From NCBI RefSeq assembly GCF_009914755.1, contig NC_060939.1: a stretch of DNA of 64,000 nucleotides. One strand, given 5' to 3'. The position numbers and the translations under genes are program-made. Shown here piece by piece: positions 1 through 12,752 of the stretch; within the stretch, counting starts at the first letter, position 1, and every line of letters begins with the position of its first letter. The notes below the pieces were generated by a model, which did not search any database, was not told the DNA's origin, and saw nothing but the letters and a program-made list of their open reading frames with translations. Source of the stretch: the human T2T-CHM13v2.0 reference genome, Homo sapiens.

Positions 1-447
1 ATTATTCTAAAATATTAATTTAGGATTGTTATGCAAATATGTACTATTTAAATATTTATTGATGAATAACTTGCATACGGCAATATAGGAACAAAATATT
101 TATGGAATGCTTGATGAATTATTACTAAATAAATACACTTGTGTATGTAAGAATCAGATTTGCTCATGCCCTTGACACTTTCTCCTTCCCAAAGGTAACC
201 AAGACCTTAAGAGCTAAGTGTAGATAAACTTTGTCATTTTCTACACGTGTTTTATTACAGAACATTAAAAACGTATACATAATACAAAAAAAGGATAACA
301 GACCAGTCACCCAGATTTAACAGCTACTAGTCATGTGTCATTTTTGTTTCACCTATACTTCCAGCCATTCCCACCCCAATTTCATTATTTTTTAGCCTTT
401 TTGGATAAAATGTATATTCATTGCAAGGTACAATGTGAACTGTGAAT

Positions 448-570
448 AGTAGAGAGATGGGGTTTCACAATGTTGACCATGCTAGTCTTGAACTCCTGTC
501 CTCAGGTGATCCACCTGCTTCGGCTTCCCAAATTGCTGGGATTACAGGCATAAGCCAATATACTCAGCCT
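448..570 (-). mobile_element. Alu left-arm fragment
   Basis: Reverse Alu text ggggtttcacaatgttgacc...ctcctgtcctcaggtgatccacc...gctgggattacaggcataagcc. Confidence 0.85.
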
Positions 571-3565
571 GAGAATTCATACTTCTAAGAAAGTACAAAT
601 CCATAGGGCACATGAGAACTGCAATGTCTATCTACAGTAAATACAGTTTGATAAATAAAATGAAAGGCAATTGACCTAAGGTGAAAAAAAAAACAAAAAA
701 CAATCAAAGCATGGGTACTATGTGTCATCTGTAAGAGCATTTGGTTAAGAATAACAAACAAACCAGTTTTATCGTTTTAATAGCCGAAATTGGCAAAATT
801 TCAAGTTTTTCTTTCATAGGAATGCTCTTTGCAAGAAAAAATTTTCATATAGTGAGAGCAAAAATGGCAACCATTTGCAAGTAAATGTCTTATGAAATTA
901 AGTAGCAGATATCAAGCTCATGACCTTCAGATAGTTACCCCTAACTCAATCACTTACATAGCAAGTGCAGATAATTTTCATAGCTCCCTATTAAAATTAT
1001 ATTTGAATGCCCTTACAAATTGTGACGGTTTTTAAATAAAGTTGACCAACTAAAATTTTGTATATGACATATGATAAATTCCCCTTCAAGTCACCTTACA
1101 TTTACTTAATTTTATTAGGCAGTGTCTGTCTACCACCCAATAATACTTGACGTTTCTCCCTCCATTTGCACAGGCATCATAGCTGGGAAACGGATTCACA
1201 AGACCCAGGCTGTTCCCTACATATGTTTCCTCCTCCGACATCAGTTCATCAGTCAATCAAGCCATGTGAGAGTGGAGGCCTTGTATTCCCTATTATTCTT
1301 GGGCACTCTACTCCAAGTAGGAAAAGGCCAGGAGGTCCTGTTAAAGGATGCACTCAGAGCCCGGGCTCCCTAACATATGAGAGTGCTAACCAGCAGGTGT
1401 AGACTTTTCAGGAGTGAAGAATGAGGCAGGCATTCCAAACCTGGACCTTCATCACCTTTTGTTTCATCTCAAGACAATTCTGAGGGACTGTTTTGGAGCG
1501 TGTCTGGAAGGTGAACCTTGAAGAAGAGTGTGGGCTTTGATGTGACTCAGTTGAGATCTTTCATGGGGAGGCAGGAATTCAATGCCCAGAATCTGGGCTG
1601 GTGTCTTTGAGGTCAGTAGGTTGCGTCTTTGTATCCAAGTCCATTGTTACTAGGTTGGAGGCTGGAGATTCTAAATGGCTTCCAGACCATCTCTCTGATT
1701 CTCTTTGGGAGATGGGGTCTGAAAGACAATATCAGTAGTTTTGGGAAATTCTAGAAAGTGTGCTTGGAAACGTGGGAAGAGCTCTTGCCTAGTGCCTAAA
1801 TGCTCCATTTGCAGCTCTAGCCAAGTAGATACTTGGTAGGTATAGAGCCGGGTTTGCGTTTATATCAGCAAAACCTATATCAGAGTTGAAGAAGTAGTCA
1901 GGAAAAAGCGTCTTGGTCGCAGGCCGGGGAACATCTTAAAAGCAAACTTCTAGCCTGCTGACTCTTGGCAATGAGTGTTGGATCCTGGCTAAAGTGCCTT
2001 GAATGCAGCATGAGGCCAATCCATGAATCCAACTTCTCATGGAGAAATGTTAATATTTTTTCAGTTTGAATCAATCAGGGTGAAACTACCATGCTATTGG
2101 TTTGCTTACTTTTTATTATTTCATGTAAAATCTAAGACAAAATACATTAAATGCTTATTGACATATGTATTTATTCTTCACCAGGCTGATAATATCTGCC
2201 TAATTTTAAACTTTCTTCCATTTTGTAGGTTTCAACTTATTCTATTGTAAGATACTGTTAAATCTAATAGAGGCATTGTCACTTTTACGTATAATTTTAT
2301 TTTATTTCATATATTTCCTATTGGCTTTTTACATTTAAATTATGGAGCACTTCATCATATAAAAAACTTCAATTATATTTAAACAGTAAGTCTTTGGATT
2401 TTTTTGCCTTGTAATTTCCATATTACATAATAATGAGATAAACATTAATGTTTTCAGGGTACTTTAAATTTTAGATAATTACTCATTGTATTCATGTGAA
2501 ATTTGTTTTTACTGCATGTGTGGGTTGGAGGACTGTTTTCACTTCTGATTCATCTTTACTCTTATCTCATCAGAGCTCATACCTCTTGTAGTTGGGGGAT
2601 TGCAGTTTATAATTCCAATAAATGGGGCAAATTCAATAATAACATAATACAAATGAGTTTGAATGCAGGACAGGTCTTCAAAGCATACACAACATGGGCC
2701 TACATATGTACAACAATAATAATTTATAAGTTACTGTTTGGATGGAAAGTAAAAGTACAGAAAATTTGTTAAAGGAAATTAAAATGGAGATCATGTCTCA
2801 ATAATCTCTGAGCAGACAAAATTAGTTAGGTCTCATAAGTGATCTCAACCTCGCTTGATTTGCAAATACAAACAAAACTTACATTATTTCTTGTAGCTGC
2901 ATATTGAAAAAAGAGAAATGAAGCTCAACCAGTCAGAAGTAGCCAACAACCTTATATAAATAGAAACTGTCCAACAAGGTAAACAGACAAACAAAAAACA
3001 ATAAAAAAAGTTGTGCTACCACCAAATGATTTCTTTGTTTCTACATTTTTCAAATAAATACTTGCTTCTTACACTGTCAATGAAGCACTCAATATCTTTC
3101 CGTCTGATATTTTATAATTTATCAATTGCTCTTACTCAAATAAACACTTTGCAATTTCATTGTGTCTCAAATTACTTTTTAGCAGAATAAACTAGGAATA
3201 AATATTACAAAAATATCTACGGAATATGGAAAAAACATAGAAAGTTTATGAAATATATGAATGTAGACATAAGCAAATAGACAATTTGTATCATATTCTT
3301 AGGCAGAAAAACTCAATATTATCAACATCAATTGTCCTTATAGTTATTTATAAATTCAATTTTGTTCCTATACTGATACCATTAAATATTGCAAGTACAC
3401 GTTACTATAAAATGTTATATAGATGAAAACACAAGAATAGACAAGAAAACTCTGAAAAAAAAAAAAAAAAACCACTGGCAAGCCCTGTGTAAAATCTTGA
3501 TTGATTAAAAAACTCATGGATCACTGAAACTAAAAATTCAGAAATAAACCAAAGTGTCTAAGAAA

Positions 3566-3891
3566 GTGTCATAGTGCATCTTGGCTGCTATAACAAAATA
3601 CCTTAGACTGGGTAAAGGATAAATAAGAGAAATGTATTTTTCACAGTTATGGAGTCTGGAAAGTGCAAGATCAAGGCAGCAGCAAATTTCGTATATGGTG
3701 AGAGCCCTATTCCCCATAGATGGTACCATCTCGCACATGGGACAAGGGCATTCCCTTCAACTTCCTTTGAAAGAGCACTGATTCCATTCATGAAGATGAA
3801 GAACTCTTGGCTTCACCACTTTCCCAAAGGCCTCACGCCTAAAATTATACACATGAATTTGAAAGGGGACATAAACATTCAGGCCATAGCA
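3566..3891 (-). mobile_element. MaLR LTR (MLT1A-like)
   Basis: ggctgctataacaaaatacc..agactggg, tcacagttatggagtctggaaagtgcaagatcaagg and terminal ggggacataaacattcaggccatagca match the reverse MLT1A consensus as recalled. Confidence 0.8.
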
Positions 3892-6800
3892 ATAAAAACT
3901 ACATGGGTGATGGCATCATTTATACATGAGGTGTAAAAATGTGATGTTCTTATCACAAAGGAAATAAATGATTTATTCTTCATGGCATATATCAAAATGA
4001 AGGTCCAATGAAAATATTTTTTATGAAGATAAATCTATATGGCAAAAAATTAAGTATTGATAAGTTTAACCCTACAGGTTGCATCAGGATTTTCAAGGTT
4101 TCCAGGGATGAGCAAGGCCCTGGAGTTTCCTCCTGTGACATTTTCCTGGAAGTTGCTCATGCTGTTATTCAATTTGAAAGTAGATAATATTGTTTGTTTC
4201 TCTTCCAATATTTACTAAATTCAAAATAATATAGGGCTCTTTACTCATAATTCTCAAACAATCATTCAGTCAGTGGGGCTCTGCTGAGGAAGAGCACAGA
4301 CACATCCACACAAGTATAATGTTCCTCAAATAGAGGACTTCTCCTTGTGCTGGAGCCACCTATGTTGCACTCGATCAGAGGCTTTCCCAGGATAGCATTT
4401 CTCTGCAGCCCTACCTCAGTCTTAACCCTGAAAATCCCACTCAGAAGGCGACGGATGAACACCCACCCTAGCATTCTAATCTAATGGATCCTCTCTTAAC
4501 AATCCCTTCCAGGGATCTGGGATCTTTCCTGGATTCGTCGGCCACACACACCTAGGCTCAAAAATTTGGACAGAAACTTTGATCCTCATTGGCCCTCCTG
4601 CCCTGTCCTACCAGCTTCTCTAGAAGTATGCTTCTCTAATTGCTCCTTAGAGACACTATCTAAGGGTATCAACCTGTGCCAATATAATTGATCTCATAAA
4701 GTGAGAAGGGAAATAGGCAAGAGTCCAGCTAGCCTAGAAGCAGTGTCTAGGGTTCCTTACCTGATTTATGTCTCTGATTTACCTAAATATTGACAAATAC
4801 AGATTCACCTCTAGGCAGTAGAAAAACAGAAGGAGAAATCCCAGTTCGTAGAGGAAGAAGAAAATGCAATCAATGCTGTCTAGAGTCCCGCTTAAGCTCA
4901 GCCACAGGGTACTAAGTCTCTTCAGGAAAAAGCAATTGTTGTCCATCATCTGAAAAACTGTGGCCTGGAACCATGGGCACCGAGAGTGCACACTGCCCAC
5001 TAGAGTTCCATGCCTACATCACGGAGAGATAGAATAGTCTCAAAGGATTCTTAAGAGTAATGTGGGGACCAAAAGGAGATGAATCCACAGCCTCTGCCTT
5101 ACCGTCTGATCTAACTAATAGTATTTCCAGACCTTTCTGTGGGCTGCACCAGGGGTTGTTCAGAAAGAAAAAAAGTTGTTAATGTCCCACCGTTTCCCGT
5201 AGCTTCCGAGGTCTGTGTTGTTCATACCCCAGGTTCCAGGTTGTTCTCCCACTACTTCCACAGAATCAGTGTGTCTCATTCCGGTACCTATAATCTCATC
5301 TTTATTCTAGTCGCCCTCTACTTTTTTCTAGACACTTTATCTACTAGAGGCAGGTAAAATAGAGACAAGAATATTTACATAAAACTTAGCTGGAACTAAG
5401 TTGGAGTCCCATAACTGCTACTAGGCTGAGATGCAACTCAGAGGATACAAAAGCCAGGCTTGCCTAGAATTGCAGTTATGGGAAAGAAAGTCACATTTCA
5501 CCCAGGAATTATTAGCACGAAATTCGAAGTTTGTGAAATAGATTCCTAGATGATTCCTAGATCCCCCAAACATTCCATCCTTATCTTGGAGGCAATCAGG
5601 AAGAGAAAATAAACCATACCTAATCAACAAATTATCTAACCAGCATGTGTGGAAAAGGAGGGAACATCATAGAGTTGGCTTGTTTTAGTACGTGTGGTGA
5701 AAAATGCCGCGAAGTCAGAGCTCAATTGGTCTCAAAAGCCTAAAAGATGGCACAGATTAGCTTCACGGGACACATGGTATGGATGGTGTCGGCATACTGT
5801 TATGCTGAAGATGTCAAGAGTGGTGACTGATATCTCAAGAAGTGGGCCAAAAGTCCACTTCTGGTTACTCTGCTTGGTATGGTCTAGGAATTCTTCAACC
5901 ATGAGACAAATAGGTCAACTTTCACCAGCAACCCCAAGTCTGGTTTGCAGTATTAGACTCTGGGTTGGACACAGATTTAGGTTCAATCTGCAGCTTGATT
6001 GTTGTCACTCTCTAGAAAACAAACCCTTACCATGGACTTCTAGATGAGTGATCCAGTTAGATCAGCATCTGAGATTGTCTCCAGTTTGCAGCCCAAAAGA
6101 CATTCAGACAGTCTACAGTTTCCATTGTAGATAACCAAACAGATAGAATATGTGCCATTATCCCAAACCCTGAGTTCTGACCTTTGAGAGGAGCAACCAC
6201 TCATGTCAGGTTCTGTATGGCTGGCACAGGTTAAACAGCCACAGCGGCCCAGTGGACATCATGAGGTTTCACCTTCCCTGACTCATCTATGAACCAGGAC
6301 CAGTCATATAGGAAACACTCAGTAAATTGGGGGCCCCACAGAGACAGCATCTTTGCTTCAGAGGATAGAAGGAGGCATAAAATTTCAACCAGCTGGGGAT
6401 GCTCTAGCCCTCTATGGGTGAAACTGATTTTGTCAGGAGTTCTGCAGCAAGCTCTTAGCTGACTTTCAAATCAGTGTAACCAGTAGTGTGTCACTGAGTC
6501 CAAAAGCCCAAAGAACACCTCTGGGAGGAGGCTAGTCCTTTACTAGAGGCTCCAAATGCCAAAATCAAGATTTTCTTGACCTCAGGTTGAATTGATCAAT
6601 GCAAATCTCCCCAAATATTTTCACTAAACCTTAATTGGAAAGTAAGACTCCAGATTTTTTAACTCTCACTCAACATAAATATCTGATTTTTTCACCTGAG
6701 ATCTATGTATGTGTGTTGGAGCATGCCTTTACCAATCAGCATAAAGTTACATCTCTCCTTGCGCCTCTACTTTCTACTTGTGCAGAGTTTAAAATGCAGA

Positions 6801-7149
6801 GGTGAGAGCTTAGGGTTTTCTGGGTCTTTTGCTAAGCATGTACCTGACCTTGAGCATCCCCAATTCCCCATTTCCTTCTTGATCCTAAAGACCGTTATCA
6901 CAGTCTTAATTCCCAGCAGCTTTTCCTCCTAGAGCTTTTTGACATGATTATTCTTAGACCCAACTGATATCCTTCGTTCCTGGTAGACTGCGTAGCTCAT
7001 TTCCATTTAAATGCTTTTAGAAATATTAAACTATGGATTTAAGATTTATCTGCTTTTTAAATTAAGTAATGCTGCTCTTAGCCTTCCACAGGACTTGAGG
7101 GTTATAAAAAAAAAGGAAGAAAATAATTATTTTATACCAATAGTATGAA

Positions 7150-10100
7150 AAAGAGACTGGGAATGACTATATTAATAGCAGACAAAATAGACTTAAAAAC
7201 TTAAAAGAGACAAAAAGACATTATATAGTCATAGATTGTCCATTTGGCAGGAAGATAGAAATAGTTTAAACCCATACCTAATAATAAAACATTGAGATAT
7301 AGAAAGCATAACTTGACAGAATTAAAGGGGCAAAAAGGCAGTTCTAAAATAATAGTTGAAGATGTTAATACTCCACTCTGAGTAATGAATAGAAAAATGA
7401 GATAGATGATAAATTAGGAAATAGAGTTCTTGAATAACTCAATGAACCAAATTGATCTAACAGATATATACAATATACTCCATCCAACAAAAGAGACTAC
7501 ACACTCTTCTCAAATGCACATGGGGATTTCCCCACGATGGGCTGTGTAGTAGATCTCAAATTAAATCAATAACAGAAGAAACGTTAGAAAGTTTACAAAA
7601 CTGTATAAATTAAACAACATACCCTTAAACAACAAATAAGTAAAGGAAGAAATCACAGAGGAAGTTGGAACATACTTACAGAGGAAGAAAAATGAAAACA
7701 AAACACATCAAAAGTTAAGGGAAACAGCAAAAAGAGTGCTAAGATGTAAAGTTTGCAGCTAAAATACATTTAAAAAGAACAAAGATTTCAAATAAATAAT
7801 AACTTTATCACCTAGTAAATTAGAAAAATAACACCAAATTAGATGCAAAGCAAAGAGAAAGAAGAAAATATTAAAGCTTTTAGCAGAGATAAATGCAATG
7901 GAGATTATACAAACCACAGAATTCCAAAAAACCAAAAGTTCATTCTCACTTCTTCAAAAAATTAACAATTGGCAAACTTTCAGCTACACACACAAAAAAT
8001 TAACAGCATATTCACATACTAAAATGAGAAATGAAAGTGGGACATTACTACTAATTCAAAGAATTAAAATGTTTAAAAAACTGTACTGTGAACTATGATA
8101 GGATGATAAATTGGAAAACGTAGATAAAGTGGGCAGATTCCTAGGTATACAAGACTTGATTACAAAGAAATACAAAATCTGAATAGATACAAAACTACTA
8201 AGGAAATGGAATCAGTAATTAAAAGCCTCCTCATAAAGAAAAGCCCTTATTTTGTTGGCTTCACTAGTGATTTAGATCAAGCATTTATAGAACAAAAATC
8301 CTTTCCAAAGTCTACCAAAAGCCTGAAGAGAGCAGTTCCAAACTTATTCCATGAAGCCACCATTAGCTCATACCGAAGCCAGACAAAGATACTACAAAAA
8401 CCCATAGACTAATATCCCTTATGAACACGGATGCAAAACTAGTCAGCAACATCCTAGCTAACTACATTCAGCAGCATACTAGCAAGATTACAACCCATGA
8501 CCAAGGGGAGTTTATTATTGGAATGAAAGGAAGTTTTAGCATATGGGTGGTTTCAGTGCAGTGGTGTTTACAAATAATTGATCACAACCAGTATAGATTT
8601 CTTTATTCTTTTTCCAGTCTCACTGGTTCACTTAGCTAGCCTTTCTTAACAAAAGTTTAAGCATATGAAAATTAATCAATGCATATGCCACATTGACAAA
8701 CTTTTTAAAAAGTATTCTCTCATTAATACAGATAACGTATTTTACAAAATTCAAAATATTTTATAATAAAAACAATAAATTAGGAATAAAAGGAAACCAG
8801 CTTTGTAAAATTCACATATAAAAACCCACAGCAAACAACATATTCCAGAGGAAAAGATCAAAAGTGTTTCCTCTAAGCTCCGAAGACAGAGTGAATATCT
8901 GCTCTTGCCAGCCACTTTTATTCAACACTGTATTAGAAGTTTCATTCAGAGAAATTAAAAAAGACAATGAAATAAACTGCATCAAAGTGTGTACAGAAAA
9001 TATATTCTTATATGTAGAAAATCTTTAAGATTCCACACAAAAAATATTACAACTAATAAATTCAGCTGAATAGTAGCATACAAAATCAACATACAAAAAC
9101 AAACTGCATTTTATGTAGTAACATGAATAATCTGAGAAGAAAACTCTGAAAACAATTCAATTTACAATAGTATCAAAAGAATAAAGTAGTTAGGAAGTAA
9201 CGAAGAAGTAAAATGCCAATTACTCTTGTGTAGATATTAAAAAATCAATTTTTAAGTTTATGGGGAATCTCAAAGATCTTTAAATTGCAAAAATAATTTT
9301 GAAAAAAATACCAAAGTTAGACAAGTCACACTTAATGATTTCAAGACTTACTACAAAATTCCAAAATAGCATGCTACAAAGAGACTAATGGAGTAATATA
9401 GAAGGCCCATATAAATAAACCCTCATATATAAGGTCAAATGATTTTTATGGGAAATGAACTGCCTTTACAACAATTAGTGCTGGGGAAATTGGGTGCCCA
9501 CATGTAAAAGAGTGAAGCTGGGCCCTTAACTTCTACTATAAGAAAAAATTAACTAACTGGATCAAAGACCTAAATGTAAGAGCTAAAACTACAAAATTCT
9601 TACTATAAAATGTAGGTAAAACACGTCATAAGGCTGGATTTGGCAGTGATTTCTTTTAACAGGGCACCAAAAACGCAAGAAACAAAAGAAAAATAAATAA
9701 AGAGGACTCTATCCAGAATATACAAAGAACAATTCAGCAATAATAAACTACTTGTTTAAAATATGGGCAAAATACTTAAACAGATATTTCTCTAAAAATT
9801 ATGTGAAGTGGCTTATAAGCCCATGAAAAGGTACTCAACAAAACCTTTTCATTTTCATTAGTAAAATGAAAATCTAACCCCAAATGACATATCACTTAAT
9901 GCACATCAGCATAACTAGTACAAAAAGAAAAAAAAAACAGAAAATCACAAGTGTTGGTGAGGAAGTGGAGCAGTTAGAACCCTTGTACACTTGGTGGAAA
10001 TGTAAAATGCTGCAGCTGCTATAAAACAACACCATAGTAACGAAATAATTTACACTCAAAATCACCGTATGATCCAGCAATTTCACATCTTGGTATGTTG

Positions 10101-10640
10101 CAAAAGATGTGAAAGCGAAGACACAAAATAATACACGTACACCTAAGCTCATAGCAGCATGACTCACTTCACTCAAAAGGTTTTTGAATTACCTGTGTTG
10201 TTTGAATTATCATCAATGAATAAATAGATAAATTGTGATTTATACATACAGTGGGATATTATTCAGTTATGAAAAATAAGGAAATTCTGACACATGGTAC
10301 GTCATGCATGAACCTTAAGGACATTGTGCAAAGTGACATGAGCCAGTCATAAAAGGACAAATACTGTATCATTCCACTTATGAGATACTTAGAGTAGTTA
10401 AATTCTGGAAACCCACGTAGAAGAGTGGTTCTTAGGAGCTGGAGGGGGAGTAACAGGGAGCTGTTATTTAATGTGTATTGAATTTTGGTTTGGAAGTTGA
10501 AAAAAGATCCTTATGAATGGGAATAATAGTTGCAAAACAATGTGAGTGTAGTTAATTTCTCTGAGCTGAACACTTAAAATAGTTAAGATGGTTAATTTTA
10601 TGTATACTTTGCCAAAATGTAAAAAATATTTTTTAAATAA
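7150..10640 (+). mobile_element. Old degenerate L1 (L1M/L1MB-type), ORF2 through 3' UTR
   Basis: ORF2-like fragments (MESVIKSLLIKKSP..GFT; [23 protein letters not shown]), A-rich plus strand, L1MB-like 3' end cacttaaaatagttaagatggttaattttatg. Confidence 0.85.
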
Positions 10641-11233
10641 ACAAACTATAGCTATCTGCAATAGCATGAATTAATATCATAAATATAAAGTTGCCTAGAA
10701 GGAAGTAGATGTAAAAGTATACATATTATATAATTTCACTTATATAAAATCCAGAAAGTGAACACAACTGAGGTTCTGGTTTCCAGTAATAATGAAGTAG
10801 ACTAGTTCGTTGAATAACTATTTCACAGATAACAATAATAAAGCTTAATAAAATACTATATTTTGCTATATAGAAAGGCACACTGTTTAGAAGACTGAAT
10901 GAAGATTTTATCTATGCCACTGTGGAAGAGATAAGGATTGGGGTTTGAATCTATTCAAATTAACTCCCTCTTAAAATAATAATTTTCAAAGAAATACAAC
11001 AGAATCCAGAGTCCCTGTAGTTCCTATCACACAATTTAAAAATTCATGAGATGTGTGAAGAAGCATGAAAGTGTAATCGATTCACAAGATAAAAAGCAGA
11101 CAATAGAACCTATTCTCAAGATGTGCAAGATGCTGTAATCAGTAGATAAGATTTGAAAGAAGCTATGGTAAGTACGTTCATGGGGGTAAAAGAAAACAGT
11201 CTCATGACAAGTGAACAGAAGCGTAACTGTACA

Positions 11234-11686
11234 TTTCATGCGCGTCCGTGTGAAGAGACCACCAAACAGGCTGTGTGTGAGCAACATGGCTGTTTATTTC
11301 ACCTGGGTGCACGCGGGCTGCGTCCGAAAAGAGAGTCAGCGAAGGGAGATAAGGGTGGAGCCGTTTTATAGGATTTGGGTAGGTAAAGGAAAATTACAGT
11401 CAAAGGGGGTTTGTTCTCTGGCGGGCAGGAGTGGGGGTCGCAAGATGCTCAGTGGGGGTGTTTTTTGAGCCAGGATGAGCCAGGAAAAGGACTCTCACAA
11501 GATAATGTCATCAGTTAAGGCAAGGACCGGCCATTTACACTTCTTTTGTGGTGGAATGTCATCAGTTAAGGTGGGGCAGGGCATATTCACTTATTTTGTG
11601 ATTCTTCAGTTACTTCAGGCCATCTGGGCGTATACGTGCAAGTCACAGGGGATGCGATGGCTTGGCTTGGTCTCAGAGGCCTGACA
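11234..11686 (-). mobile_element. Solo LTR7 (HERV-H LTR)
   Basis: tttcatgcgcgtccgtgtgaagagaccaccaaacagg...tcagaggcctgaca is reverse LTR7; TACA flanks both sides (partial target-site duplication); no internal HERV-H sequence. Confidence 0.9.
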
Positions 11687-11722
11687 TACACTCCCAGTCT
11701 TTTGGTCACAGGGCTGTGGGAC

Positions 11723-12752
11723 TGAGGAGGGAAATTAAAGAAAAATAAAATTAAAAAGAAAGAGAAATAAATTTTCTTGTATTGGGCTGACTTGTCCCAG
11801 AGGCTTCAACAGGCACAGCCCAGAACCAGTAATAGTCTTGATAATATTATCTAATGTGCTCTGGAGGCTCTCCCAACGCTCCCCCAACATCGGGAAAAGA
11901 AAAACAAATTTCCTTTTTTTACGGAATGAGTTTATAGATTCTTGTTCTCTGTAACTAGTGACTTCAAGTATTCTGTTTTATCTAAGAAGTACAATGTAAG
12001 TCATGAGAAGTCTGAGTAGGCTGAACTACAGCTGTTTGGGCACCATAGTGAGGGTTATAGGATAAGCCCATGCCCAGGGAAACCTAGAAAATGGACATGT
12101 GGGTTGCTTGGCAGCGGTCATGTGCAATCCTGTCTGTCCTGCCTCTGTATCCCTGCTTTCACGCCACTGTAAACTTGCTTCAAGCTAGCCCACCACCTTT
12201 TGTGAAATGTGCATAAAAGTCAGGTTCTGTCTTTGTTCCGGGCCCAGTCTTTTTGATGTGAGTTAGCTTGTCCTCAGTTTCATGCGCGTCCGTGTGAAGA
12301 GACCACCAAACAGGCTTCGTGTAAGCAATAAAAGCTTTTAATCACCTGGATGCAGGCAGGCTGAGTCCGAAAAGAGAGTCAGCAAACTTAGATAGGGATG
12401 GGGCCATTTTATAGGATTTGGGTAGGTAAAGGAAAAAGGGGGATTGTTCTCTGGCGGGCAGGAGTGGGGGGGTCACAAGGTACTCAGTCGGGGAGCTTTT
12501 GAGCCAGGATGAGCCAGGAGAAGGAATTTCACAAGACAATGTCATCAGTTAAGGCAGGAACAGGCCATTTTCACTTCTTTTGTGGTGGAATGTCATCAGT
12601 TAAAACAAGAACCGGCCATCTGGATGTGTACGTGCAGGTCACAGAAGGTACAATGGCTTAGCTTAGGCTCAGAGGCCTGACACTGAGTGCACTCAATAAA
12701 AATTCTCCTGTTTCAACCCGGGGTCTCTCTCATCCTCCTGAATCCCGCAACG
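11723..12752 (+). mobile_element. Solo ERV LTR (family uncertain, possibly LTR66-like), interrupted by an LTR7
   Basis: Starts tgaggagggaaattaaag, has AATAAA at ~12695 and ends cccgcaac(g); flanks gggac/gggag resemble a TSD and sit inside an ACRO1 unit. Confidence 0.65.
12278..12682 (-). mobile_element. Second solo LTR7, nested in the preceding LTR
   Basis: Same LTR7 termini (tttcatgcgcg...ggcctgaca); flanks ctcag/ctgag form a 5-bp TSD with one mismatch. Confidence 0.9.

Noticed and set aside
5694-6047. 117-aa ORF as a real gene
   Set aside because: GTG start and no recognisable homology; nearby splice signals favour the opposite strand.
11234-12682. The two LTR7s as the ends of one HERV-H provirus
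   Set aside because: The sequence between them is ACRO1 plus another LTR, not HERV-H internal sequence, and each LTR7 has its own TSD-like flanks.
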